Source of the DNA: Fidelibacterota bacterium
GTDB lineage: Bacteria > Fidelibacterota > Marinisomatia > Marinisomatales > JAADGP01
Assembly: GCA_027021785.1 (NCBI GenBank)
Contig: JALUTR010000145.1
Location: 1-48,493 of the forward strand
Length of the DNA stretch: 48,493 bases
Direction of reading: 5' to 3'
Shown here one piece after another: positions 33,210 through 42,566 of the stretch. Every line of letters begins with the position of its first letter. Position 1 is the first letter of the stretch. The position numbers and the translations under genes are program-made. Under the pieces are notes generated by a model. It saw only the letters and a list, made by a program, of their open reading frames with translations. It was not told where the DNA came from and did not search any database.

Positions 33210-33848
33210 ATGATTGGTGACGTACTCTTAATTACGGAAAAACATACCCGCGCGGCTTCGCAGTTAAAGGAAATAATCAAACAACGGAAGGCGGAAAAAC
33301 CGGTGGTTGCCATTGCCGGAGAATCGGGCAGCGGAAAATCAGAGGTTGCTCATGAGCTGCGCCGACTGTTAAAAAAAGATGGCTACCTGGTTAAAATCCT
33401 TCACGGCGACAACTACTATAAAACATCACCGACCGAAAGAACCGCCTGGCGAAAAAAACACGGGATCGAAAGCATCGGTGAAAATGAATACGATTGGGAG
33501 TTGCTCAAGGGGAACATTGAGGATTTTCAAAAGGGAAGGGAGTCGGTTTTACCTTTTTTAGACCTGTTTACGAACCAGAGAGACCGGTTAATCACCGATT
33601 TCAAGGATATTAATGTGCTTATCCTGGAAGGACTCTATTGCCTGCGCGCGCCGGCGGATTTGAAAGTGTTAATCGATCTGACTTACCACGAAACAAAGAA
33701 AGCGCAAATCGTGAGGGGCAAGGAGACCCTTGATGAATACCGGTTACAGGTACTCGAACGTGAACATCAGGTAATCCAGTCGCACCGATCATTAGCGAAT
33801 TTTTTGATTACCAGGGATTACAATGTTATCGAACAGGGGCTATCCTGA
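33210..33848 (+). CDS. Uridine kinase/PRK-like P-loop kinase
   Basis: IAGESGSGKS, HGDNYY, LILEGLY; AGGAG RBS. Confidence 0.8.
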   Translation: MIGDVLLITEKHTRAASQLKEIIKQRKAEKPVVAIAGESGSGKSEVAHELRRLLKKDGYLVKILHGDNYYKTSPTERTAWRKKHGIESIGENEYDWELLKGNIEDFQKGRESVLPFLDLFTNQRDRLITDFKDINVLILEGLYCLRAPADLKVLIDLTYHETKKAQIVRGKETLDEYRLQVLEREHQVIQSHRSLANFLITRDYNVIEQGLS

Positions 33849-33880
33849 TGAAAGTTAATAACTGACATTATCCACTTCGA

Positions 33881-33904
33881 AAAGCGTGAAGCGTGAAACG
33901 CGAA
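33881..33904 (+). repeat. TGAA(A/G)CG heptamer mini-array
   Basis: aaagcg tgaagcg tgaaacg cgaa. Confidence 0.6.
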
Positions 33905-34080
33905 TTTTGATTCAGAGGTCAGAAACTTGAAATTTTGATGTATGTTCTTGTAAGGACTCCCTTGTCATTGCCATATGGCACAATTTTAGGCGTTAAATAA
34001 TATCTGTCCGTGTCCTTTTCGGGTTTGTGGAATCTCTTTTCTTGACGTATCTGTGATGGTTTATCGGAACGGGTACAATC

Positions 34081-35508
34081 TTATTCTATTTCTTTTATGA
34101 AAATATTCCTGAAGGAAACGGAAGTCTCCCAGTCGTGATTTTGCAGACCGATGTACCCTTCCCTGGCAAAATCCGCGACCTTCCCCCGGGGTTCGGCCAT
34201 CCAGTCAATGACCTCTTTACCATTTAATTCCACCCGGATATTGGATCCCTTGAATGTAATCTTGTAATGGTTCCATTCCCCCGTGGGCCTGGACGCGTTC
34301 ATTTTCGGTGCTTCGGCGTCGTAGACGGCGGCCGTCTTGTGAACACCTTCGCTGGCGTCATCGATCTGTATTTCAAAAGAGTGATAAATATAGTTGTCGC
34401 TCACCGGCACGTCGGGGACCCTCAAAAATATTCCCGAATTGGATTTGAAATCGGAGCACTTGAAATCAAGTTCCAACACGAAGTCCTTGTACTTTTTTAC
34501 ACTGTACCAAAGCAGTCCCATTCCACCATGCGTTTTAAGAACGCCGGTTTCCCGGTCTAACTCAAAGTAACCCGGGCCGTAGTGGTTCCAGCCGTGTTTG
34601 GCGTACTTGCCCTGCCGGAAGCTGAGCAGTTCCTCGTAGCCTTTGTAGTATGTGATACTATCGATGTATTCCAGCCCCTTGCGGATGATTTGTGAAGGGT
34701 TAAAGGTTTCGTCTTCCTGCTCGAGCTCAATGGCGAGGATGCCGTCAAAATGCTGCAGGGTCAGTTCCGCCAGGAGGTCGTGGATATTGGTCTTGCCCCG
34801 GCCGAAAGGAACGGTGCGGGCATCTTTGGAGCCAAATGTGTCCAGATCTTCCAGATGCACATCGAGAATCCGGCCCTTTAACATTCTGAGCCCATCAATA
34901 ACGTTCACCCCCGTTCTTACCCAGTGGCCCACATCGGCACAGGCCCCGATGCGCGGGTCCAGGCCGTTTACAACCCTCAGAACCGCTTCGGGACGGGCAT
35001 ACCTGGACGGCGCCGGATGATTGTGAACGGCCACGCGAATGTTGTATTCCTTCACCATCTTTTCGATAAGCGAAAAGTCGTCGTAGTCCGGTTCCGTCAC
35101 AATCGTCCGGATGCCCATCTTTTTCGCGAAATCGAAGACTTCGCGCATACTCTGTTCGTTGTTCTCGAACTTCACCACGCCGTAGCCGGCCAGTGTGATC
35201 CCGGCTTTCCCGAGGGCTTGTTTAACGGCGTCCATCTGTTTTTCGTTCAGGTAGTGGTCGAACTTTACATCCGGATCATCTTTGCTCAGGATTTGGCCCG
35301 GGTAGGCCTCAAGATACTTGAGGCCCAACGCCTTTACTTTTTCCACACTTTCAAAGAACGAAAATTTTCTGAACGTCCAGGTCTGGACGCCGATGTTCAT
35401 TTCTTTTATTCGTACTTCCTGATAATTCACGGTTGCTTTCTCCTCCTGTCCGACGCAAGTGAGCCAGAGAAGTCCGATAATCGGGATTAGAAGCGTTGTT
35501 TTTTTCAT
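34081..35508 (-). CDS. Lipoprotein fusion: sugar-phosphate isomerase-like TIM barrel (AP_endonuc_2) + DUF1080 domain
   Basis: WLTC lipobox; VAVHNH, ADVGHW, VHLED, IELE; then YKDFVLELDF, NSGIF, EIQID, GEWNHY, GYIGLQNH, FRNIFI. Confidence 0.9.
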   Translation of the reverse strand: MKKTTLLIPIIGLLWLTCVGQEEKATVNYQEVRIKEMNIGVQTWTFRKFSFFESVEKVKALGLKYLEAYPGQILSKDDPDVKFDHYLNEKQMDAVKQALGKAGITLAGYGVVKFENNEQSMREVFDFAKKMGIRTIVTEPDYDDFSLIEKMVKEYNIRVAVHNHPAPSRYARPEAVLRVVNGLDPRIGACADVGHWVRTGVNVIDGLRMLKGRILDVHLEDLDTFGSKDARTVPFGRGKTNIHDLLAELTLQHFDGILAIELEQEDETFNPSQIIRKGLEYIDSITYYKGYEELLSFRQGKYAKHGWNHYGPGYFELDRETGVLKTHGGMGLLWYSVKKYKDFVLELDFKCSDFKSNSGIFLRVPDVPVSDNYIYHSFEIQIDDASEGVHKTAAVYDAEAPKMNASRPTGEWNHYKITFKGSNIRVELNGKEVIDWMAEPRGKVADFAREGYIGLQNHDWETSVSFRNIFIKEIE

Positions 35509-36755
35509 GATTTCCTCGGGTTCCATTTTCCTTCAGCCACGGCCGGGATAAAGTTTTCAAGGTTGGGTGGCGGGAAGGCAATCGTCTTCCCTTGTTCGAC
35601 GCTCATGTAGGCGGTCATTAACAATTCCGTAACGTTAACTCCGTCACTGAAGTTTTCTTCCGGTCGTTTGCCCGCCAGAAATGACCGGACCATGTGGCGG
35701 TTTTCCGCGGTATAGCCATATTCATCCTGCTCGTTACTGATCACCGGCATGAGACCCATTTCAGCGTTCTGCTTTTCCACCAGGTCTTCTCCGGCGCTGC
35801 CCACCACGTTACGACTGAAAAACACCTTCAGACCGGTATCCAGCGTATTGATGGAGAGCGAATACTCCGGTCCCAGCAATTCCATGCTCAATCTCAGGCC
35901 GGCCCCCACAAAACTCCAGGAAGTGGTTGTTTCCACTACCAATGTTTCACCCTCCTCTGTTTTGTATTCGATAAGGGAACGGGCGAAATCTTCCGCCGGC
36001 CGGTTGAGATAGTCGGTTTTGCCGCCGCTGTTTTCGGAAAGAATCCGGGCGTATTTCTCGCGCTGCCATTTCAGGCAATTGGCGTACGCGTTAACCGACA
36101 CCGGCGTCAGGACCGAGCGGTCGGCGCCGGGGGGCGTGAGCATGAACCGGGCTTCTTCGACGGAATGGCACATCATGTCGTTCAGGACGCCGCCGCCCTG
36201 GAGTTCGCCTTCCCAGAACCACGGCATGTGGGGCCCGCTGTGTTCCTCCGCCGCGCGGGCCAGGTAGGGCCGGCCGGCGATGGAGGCGCCCCGCGCCCAG
36301 ATGATTTCCTTTCCGCGGGTGACGGCGGGAGCGAAAACCTGGTTTTCCAGATAGCCATCCAAAAGATTTACTTTTTGCGCCAGTTCCAGCATTTTCCGCG
36401 CTTCCGCCACGTTGCGACCAAGGGGCTTTTCACAGGCAACGCCCACCAGTTCACCCTTCCCGGATTCGATTGCCGCCGCGATTTCTTCCATGACTTCGAT
36501 ACGGGTAAAATTGGGAGAACAGATCCAGAGCGCGTCGATGTCCGGGTCGGTCACCATTGCGGTTATGGAGTCGAACACCTTCGCGTCGCCTACGCCGATT
36601 TCTCCGGCCAGGGAAGCGGTTTCCGCGGCTGATTTTCTTGTTTTGGACAATACCCCGGCAACGTCCACATCCCGAACCCCGATCAGTGACCTGATATGAA
36701 AGCGCGAGATGAAACCGCCGCCGATGAAGCCGATCCTTAATCTTTTTGTGCTCAT
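35505..36755 (-). CDS. Gfo/Idh/MocA NAD(P)-dependent oxidoreductase
   Basis: IGFIGGGFI, CEKP, GGGVLNDMMCH. Confidence 0.92.
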   Translation of the reverse strand: MSTKRLRIGFIGGGFISRFHIRSLIGVRDVDVAGVLSKTRKSAAETASLAGEIGVGDAKVFDSITAMVTDPDIDALWICSPNFTRIEVMEEIAAAIESGKGELVGVACEKPLGRNVAEARKMLELAQKVNLLDGYLENQVFAPAVTRGKEIIWARGASIAGRPYLARAAEEHSGPHMPWFWEGELQGGGVLNDMMCHSVEEARFMLTPPGADRSVLTPVSVNAYANCLKWQREKYARILSENSGGKTDYLNRPAEDFARSLIEYKTEEGETLVVETTTSWSFVGAGLRLSMELLGPEYSLSINTLDTGLKVFFSRNVVGSAGEDLVEKQNAEMGLMPVISNEQDEYGYTAENRHMVRSFLAGKRPEENFSDGVNVTELLMTAYMSVEQGKTIAFPPPNLENFIPAVAEGKWNPRKS

Positions 36756-36783
36756 AAAAATCCTTTCTTAATTGCCGGTTATA

Positions 36784-38007
36784 TTACGTCGAGGAGGCGG
36801 GTGCGGGAGATGGAACCTCTTCCTCCCGGAAGAAAATGAGAAACACCGCCGCGGAAAGTACCGTCAGGAAAAAAGGCACGAGAAAAACACCGGTCCAGTC
36901 TGTCTCACTGCCGGAAGTAAAAATGCTCTGAATAAAACCGGCGAAATTGCTGCCGATATAGCTGCCGACGCCTAATACTACCAGATTGATAAGGCTTTGT
37001 GCCGAATGACGAATGTCTTTCGCCGCTATGCGATCGACGTAAATGAAAGCCACCGTAAAGAAAAACACATAACAGAAACCATGCAGCGCCAGGGAGGCGA
37101 TTACCAGCCATGTCGGCGTACCGATGGCAAAGATCAGGTACCGCAACGGCCAGGCCAGGATTCCCAGGATCATTGTTTTCCTGATGCCGTACCGCGGCAG
37201 GAAGTAAGGCAAAAGGAAGGCCATGACAATGATTTCCGCAATTTGTCCGATGACCATTACCCCCGCCACCGTGGAACTGTCGATCCCGATCTTCGCCGAC
37301 GTCAGGAACGGCGCCGTAAGAACGTAGTAGAACATCAGTTCCGTAGAAACAATGAAGGCGATGATGAAAAAGATGAGCGTGTTTTTGTTTTTCAACATTT
37401 TAACGGCTTCCAGGAAAGCTAACGGGTTGGCGGCCGTTTTTTCCGGTGGCGTATCGGGTAGCGCGAGGGAGACCAGACCCATAACGAGGGAGAATATTCC
37501 CGCCAGGAGGAGAGTGTCACCGGCAAACCCCATGGAAGCTTCGCCTTTTGCCACCACTCTCCAGCCCGAAAGAGCCAATCCCGCCACAATCCATCCGATG
37601 GTTCCCCAGACGCGGATCTGACCGAACTCTTTTTCCGAATTCTTCAGGTTTATCAGGGCGATGGAGTTGGTAAGCGCAAGGGTCGGCGCGTACAGCAGGC
37701 AGTAGATAAACATCAACCAGAGCATGGTCGAATAATCGGAGATAGTGGAAATATAGATCAGGAGGGCGCCTCCCACCAGTTGCAGTAGAGCAACTACTTT
37801 CTGAGAAGCAAAGTAGCGATCCGCAATCTGCCCGCCGATGAAGGGGGAAATGATAGTGGCGAGGGGTAAGAGGCTGTAAATGATTCCAACCTGGGTGCCC
37901 GTGAATCCCAGATCGTTAAGGAGATACGCGGAGAGAACCGGCGCCCACGCTCCCCAGATGGCGTATTGAAGAAACATCATGGCGCCGAGACGAATTTTTA
38001 CTCCCAT
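36784..38007 (-). CDS. MFS transporter, nucleoside:H+ symporter (NupG/YegT-like) family
   Basis: MMFLQYAIWGAW, GQIADRYF, IRVWGTIGW, LHGFCY. Confidence 0.9.
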   Translation of the reverse strand: MGVKIRLGAMMFLQYAIWGAWAPVLSAYLLNDLGFTGTQVGIIYSLLPLATIISPFIGGQIADRYFASQKVVALLQLVGGALLIYISTISDYSTMLWLMFIYCLLYAPTLALTNSIALINLKNSEKEFGQIRVWGTIGWIVAGLALSGWRVVAKGEASMGFAGDTLLLAGIFSLVMGLVSLALPDTPPEKTAANPLAFLEAVKMLKNKNTLIFFIIAFIVSTELMFYYVLTAPFLTSAKIGIDSSTVAGVMVIGQIAEIIVMAFLLPYFLPRYGIRKTMILGILAWPLRYLIFAIGTPTWLVIASLALHGFCYVFFFTVAFIYVDRIAAKDIRHSAQSLINLVVLGVGSYIGSNFAGFIQSIFTSGSETDWTGVFLVPFFLTVLSAAVFLIFFREEEVPSPAPASST

Positions 38008-38170
38008 TTTTTACCCTTTCTGTTAATTAGTCTGTGGGTTATTGTCCGGTTATCCTTCGTTATTATCGATTCAGGGCCGGGGTTTTGGCCGGGGGCAAGG
38101 TCCTTTTCCACGGGTTTCATCCGGCAGAAGAATTTCCGCGAACGATTTTTTTCGGCAGGGGAGACCGAAG

Positions 38171-39769
38171 TCAGACGATTTGCCTTTTGTCCGGATCCCA
38201 TTCAACTCTTCGACCGGTCAGATAGGATTCCGTGGCCATGTGGCAGGCGAGCGCTTCGTGCAAACCGACTTCAATATCGCATTTCGGTTGTCTGTTTTCC
38301 CGGATGGAATCCAGCCAGTCCTTTATATGCAGATGGGTGGGGTCCATGCGTTTCCCTTCACGATAAGTGTAAACCAGGCCCTTATTGGCAAAATATCTGG
38401 CAGTAGCCGAGGTGACACCGTCAATTTGCTTTGATCCCGGGGAATAAGTGTAAATGGGATAGCGGGTGTTTATTATTCCGCTTTCTATCCTTTCCCTGTA
38501 CCGGGTGGATTCCGGGTCGGCCGTTACGACCAGGCCGTGTATTTTGCTGTCCCCGGCTCCGCCGATTTGCATTGTCGCGTCATGGCCCATAAAGATATTC
38601 CCCCGGTTTTTATTGCTAGACAGGGTGGCGCTGTACAGCAGGGTCAAATCCTTATCCGGGTATTCCAGGATGGCCTGGAACACGTCGGGCACATCACGAC
38701 CATCCTTGTAGAAATAAATGCCTCCCGAGGCGGATACGAATTTCGGCGCGCCCAGCTCCATGACCTGGTTAACGGCATCGAATTCATGTGAAAATAAATC
38801 GCCGGAGAGGCCGGTACCGTAATCGTACCAGCAACGCCACCGGAAGAATCTTTTCAATGCTTCCCGGCCAAACGGTATCTTTGTCGGAGCCGGCTCCTGG
38901 AACGTATCCCAGTCGATTGTTCGTCGGTTTCCCTTGGGGTCAATGTCCCAGACCCAGGCGCCCCAGGGGGAATTGCGGTTGGTCGTTACCTCCACAAGGT
39001 TGACCGGCCCAAGCAGTCCCTGTTGGACGATTTCCCGCGCTTTCTCAAGACTATCCACCTGGCGGTTTTGATGGCCGAGTTGAAAAACAATGCCGGTTTC
39101 TTTCACCGTATCATACACGTCAATGGCCTCCTGAAATGTCCTTGTCATTGCTTTTTCACAATAGACATGCTTTCCCGCCCTGGCGGCATCGATGATGATC
39201 CGCGAATGCCAGTGATCCGGTGTGGCGATGATCACGGCATCGATATCATCGTTTGCCAGCATTTCCGTGTAATGTCGATATCTTTTGGCCGCCTCCTTTG
39301 GTTTCCCGCCGGGACGTATTTCATTTGTTGAAGCGGCTAAAGCGGCTCTGGCCCTTACATTGAAGAGGTCGCACACACCAACCAGCGACACATTAAGGTC
39401 ATCCTGTTGCATGAATGTGGCATACCCTTTATCCAGCTTGTTTTTTTGGGCATTGGCCGCTGCTTTTTCAACCCATTCGGGGGTCGCGAAACCGGCGCCC
39501 CGCACCAGGTGCTGACCCCGGCCGCCGTAACCGATAATGCCTAACCGAAGGTGCTCACCGGGACTTTTTGAGGATATGACTGCCGGCGCCTGGTGCTCCG
39601 AAATAAGGTCGGAAAGTAAATTGGATTTCCTCAGCGCATCCCGTTTCATTTTTCTCAGGATATTGTAGAACAACACTCCCACAACCGGAAGTGTTGCCAA
39701 ACCTTTTAGTATTTCCCTCCGATCAAGATCCGTCCCGGAGGCTTTTGAATCGGTATGTTCTTCTTTCAT
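38171..39769 (-). CDS. Gfo/Idh/MocA oxidoreductase with twin-arginine-like N-terminus
   Basis: DRREILKG plus hydrophobic segment; IIGYGGRG, IATPDHWH, HVYCEK, WRCWYDYGTG. Confidence 0.9.
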   Translation of the reverse strand: MKEEHTDSKASGTDLDRREILKGLATLPVVGVLFYNILRKMKRDALRKSNLLSDLISEHQAPAVISSKSPGEHLRLGIIGYGGRGQHLVRGAGFATPEWVEKAAANAQKNKLDKGYATFMQQDDLNVSLVGVCDLFNVRARAALAASTNEIRPGGKPKEAAKRYRHYTEMLANDDIDAVIIATPDHWHSRIIIDAARAGKHVYCEKAMTRTFQEAIDVYDTVKETGIVFQLGHQNRQVDSLEKAREIVQQGLLGPVNLVEVTTNRNSPWGAWVWDIDPKGNRRTIDWDTFQEPAPTKIPFGREALKRFFRWRCWYDYGTGLSGDLFSHEFDAVNQVMELGAPKFVSASGGIYFYKDGRDVPDVFQAILEYPDKDLTLLYSATLSSNKNRGNIFMGHDATMQIGGAGDSKIHGLVVTADPESTRYRERIESGIINTRYPIYTYSPGSKQIDGVTSATARYFANKGLVYTYREGKRMDPTHLHIKDWLDSIRENRQPKCDIEVGLHEALACHMATESYLTGRRVEWDPDKRQIV

Positions 39770-40287
39770 GTCAGCAAATCCTCAGTTGGTTGTGTGTTGT
39801 TCCTGAAAATTAATCTGTCCAAACCAATAATATTGCTCGTGGGGAATACATAAAGCACATACAAGGCACAAGCTTCGATCAAATTCTTATTCACGATAAT
39901 GTAACTGCCTTCCCACGGCCGGGAATATTCCAGTCCTAATAACGGCGGTGTAAAGAAATAATATATCAGGAGCAATACCATGCCGGCAATGGAAGCGTAG
40001 CGCCCCAGCAAACCTAACATTAAAGCCAAACCGATAAGTGTCAAGCCCCACATATTCAGATAGTCCACAATGCCCAATACCACAGGATTAGCCACGATTG
40101 ATTTAGCCAACCCGGAAAAGATCCATTGCACGTCCAATAAATATGCTGCGGATGACCAGTAGGGATTTAGTAGTTTCGCCACACCTTCATAAAGCAGGTG
40201 CCAGCCGATAAGAACACGGAGCAATGATAAACCGATTAATTGATTATTGGTGTATTTTAATGATACCGGTACGGCTTTATTCCCCAT
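39766..40287 (-). CDS. DoxX/DoxD-family membrane protein
   Basis: LLRVLIGWHLLYEG, LIGLALMLG, IVNKNLIE, IGLDR; AGGAGG RBS before ATG 40287. Confidence 0.85.
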   Translation of the reverse strand: MGNKAVPVSLKYTNNQLIGLSLLRVLIGWHLLYEGVAKLLNPYWSSAAYLLDVQWIFSGLAKSIVANPVVLGIVDYLNMWGLTLIGLALMLGLLGRYASIAGMVLLLIYYFFTPPLLGLEYSRPWEGSYIIVNKNLIEACALYVLYVFPTSNIIGLDRLIFRNNTQPTEDLLT

Positions 40288-40381
40288 GGTAGTTCCTCCT
40301 GCGATCGTGGTTTTATAAGAATCAATGTAGTTCAAATTGTCCATAATTGCAACCGTAAGAGAACCTCCCTTGTAATCCCTC

Positions 40382-40477
40382 ATGGGTGGAGAACCAATCC
40401 CCGGAAGCTCCGGGATTTCGCTTCCCGACATTCGTCGGGAGATCTTGGTTCCTGGCTCTTGGCTCTTGGCTCTTGGG
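40382..40477 (+). repeat. Composite element copy B ending in a heptamer array
   Basis: atgggtggagaaccaatcc; tcccgac-attc-gtcggga; ttggttc ctggctc (ttggctc)2 ttgg. Confidence 0.8.
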
Positions 40478-40629
40478 ACCATGACAGGCAAACTATCGTG
40501 GGGTCACAACCTGAAGAGAAAGCTTGAAACACCTGGGTTTTAGAACTAAGATTATACACGTTCATCCGGCGCTATTCCGGTGCTATCTGAAATTCTTGAG
40601 AAAAAAGGAGGGGTACGGGAACGGGAATC

Positions 40630-42513
40630 ATGTTCCAAATTATCCGCAATAAAACAGTCCTGTGGTCAATTTTCCTGTTGATGTTTGGTAGTCATTATGG
40701 GAAAGAACCTGGGGATGATAAAGTTTCACCGGCAGCGAAAGTAACCGTTTATAAGGACCCCACAAAATCGGTTACCGACCGGGTGGAGGATCTCCTGAGC
40801 CGGATGACACTGGAAGAGAAAATCGGTCAGATGACACAGGTTGACAGGCAATTTCTTGAGCGGGACAGCGATATAGCGACCCGTTATTTGGGTTCTCTTC
40901 TGAGTGGCGGGGGATCCACCCCGGACGAAAACCGTCCCCAATCCTGGGCTGACATGTACGATCGCTATCAGAAGATCGCGTTGTCCTCCCGGCTGGGAAT
41001 ACCGATCCTCTATGGGATTGATGCCGTCCATGGGCATAATAATGTTGTCGGTGCAACTATTTTCCCCCACAACATTGGTCTGGGATGTGCCGATGATCCC
41101 GATCTGGTTGAGGAAGTGAGTCGCATTACAGCCCTGGAGGTCGCCGGGACCGGAATCGACTGGACTTTCGCTCCCTGTATAGCCGTACCCAGGGATGAGC
41201 GTTGGGGAAGAACGTACGAGGGTTACGGGGAAAGTCCGGATATTGTGGCCCGGCTTGGAAAAGCGGCCGTTCGCGGGTTTCAGTCCGGTAAATTGGGGAG
41301 CCCCGGGAATATTTTGGCCTGCGCGAAACATTTTATTGGCGACGGGGGCACCAAGTGGGGAACGGGGCGGAACGGCAAAGCGGACAGAGGCGATACGCAG
41401 ATTTCCGAGGAAGAATTAAGAGCGATTCATTTGCCCGGTTATTTGAGCGCCATAGAAGCCGGTGTTGGGTCGATAATGGCTTCTTACAATCAATGGAACG
41501 GCACTTACTGCCACGCCAGCAAGTATTTATTAACGGATTTGTTAAAGGAAGAGCTTGGATTCGAAGGTTTTGTAGTGTCCGATTGGGAAGGAATTGATCA
41601 GATCCCGGGTGATTACAAAGCGGACATTATTACGGCCATAAATGCCGGGATAGATATGGTAATGGTCCCGGGCGCGGTCCCTTTCGGCGGTGAATCTTAT
41701 ACCCGTTTTATCGAACTCCTGAAAGAAGCGGTCGAAGAGGGATCCATACCGAGGAGCAGAATTGACGATGCTGTACGGCGAATCCTGAAAATTAAATTCA
41801 GAATGGGACTTTTCGAAAACCCGTTTACCGACCGATCGCTTACCGAAAAGATTGGTTCAAAAGAACATCGTGCTGTCGCACGGCAGGCCGTGCGACAGTC
41901 GTTAGTTCTCCTCAAAAATAATAACGGTTTACTCCCGTTGTCAAAGAATATGGAACGGATACTGGTCAGCGGTAAAAATGCGGATGATTTGGGAAACCAA
42001 TGCGGTGGCTGGACAATCTCCTGGCAAGGGGAAAGTGGGTCGGTCACCGAAGGCACGACGATTCTTGAAGGTATAAGGGAAGTGGTTTCACCGGCTACGG
42101 AGGTTCTCTTCTCCCGGGACGGGTTTGGAGCAAAAGACGCGGATGTGGCCATCGTGGTGGTGGGCGAAACACCTTATGCGGAATGGGAAGGAGATAAGGC
42201 TGACCTCACCCTGGACAATGAGGATCGGGAGACGCTCAGGCGGGTAAAAAGCGCCGGCATCCCGCTGGTTGTTATTATTGTTTCGGGACGTCCGCTTATT
42301 ATTGAATCGGAAATTGATGATTGGGATGCGCTTATCGCGGCCTGGTTGCCCGGCACGGAAGGACAGGGAGTGGCCGATGTGCTCTTCGGCGATTACAATC
42401 CCACCGGGAGGCTTTCCATGTCCTGGCCCCGCTCCATGTCCCAAATACCCATTAATGTAGGGGACGAAAAGTATGATCCCCTTTTTGAATATGGTTTCGG
42501 CCTGAGTTATTGA
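40630..42513 (+). CDS. GH3 beta-glucosidase (secreted, two-domain)
   Basis: [31 protein letters not shown] nucleophile, PYAE, AWLPG, GFGLSY. Confidence 0.95.
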   Translation: MFQIIRNKTVLWSIFLLMFGSHYGKEPGDDKVSPAAKVTVYKDPTKSVTDRVEDLLSRMTLEEKIGQMTQVDRQFLERDSDIATRYLGSLLSGGGSTPDENRPQSWADMYDRYQKIALSSRLGIPILYGIDAVHGHNNVVGATIFPHNIGLGCADDPDLVEEVSRITALEVAGTGIDWTFAPCIAVPRDERWGRTYEGYGESPDIVARLGKAAVRGFQSGKLGSPGNILACAKHFIGDGGTKWGTGRNGKADRGDTQISEEELRAIHLPGYLSAIEAGVGSIMASYNQWNGTYCHASKYLLTDLLKEELGFEGFVVSDWEGIDQIPGDYKADIITAINAGIDMVMVPGAVPFGGESYTRFIELLKEAVEEGSIPRSRIDDAVRRILKIKFRMGLFENPFTDRSLTEKIGSKEHRAVARQAVRQSLVLLKNNNGLLPLSKNMERILVSGKNADDLGNQCGGWTISWQGESGSVTEGTTILEGIREVVSPATEVLFSRDGFGAKDADVAIVVVGETPYAEWEGDKADLTLDNEDRETLRRVKSAGIPLVVIIVSGRPLIIESEIDDWDALIAAWLPGTEGQGVADVLFGDYNPTGRLSMSWPRSMSQIPINVGDEKYDPLFEYGFGLSY

Positions 42514-42566
42514 TCGGGCGAACAATCCTGACACGAATAGATCATGAAAATAAAAGGAAAAATATA

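Noticed and set aside
33969-33992. TGGCAC as a sigma-54 promoter
   Set aside because: Lacks the -12 GC (tggcacaattttag) and lies between convergent genes; it is part of the palindrome tgccatatggca.
35694-36632. 312-aa plus-strand ORF
   Set aside because: Antisense shadow of a GC-rich Gfo gene; no motifs.
40288-40491. 68-aa N-terminal extension of DoxX
   Set aside because: Derived from the repeat element; a strong AGGAGG RBS supports the start at 40287.
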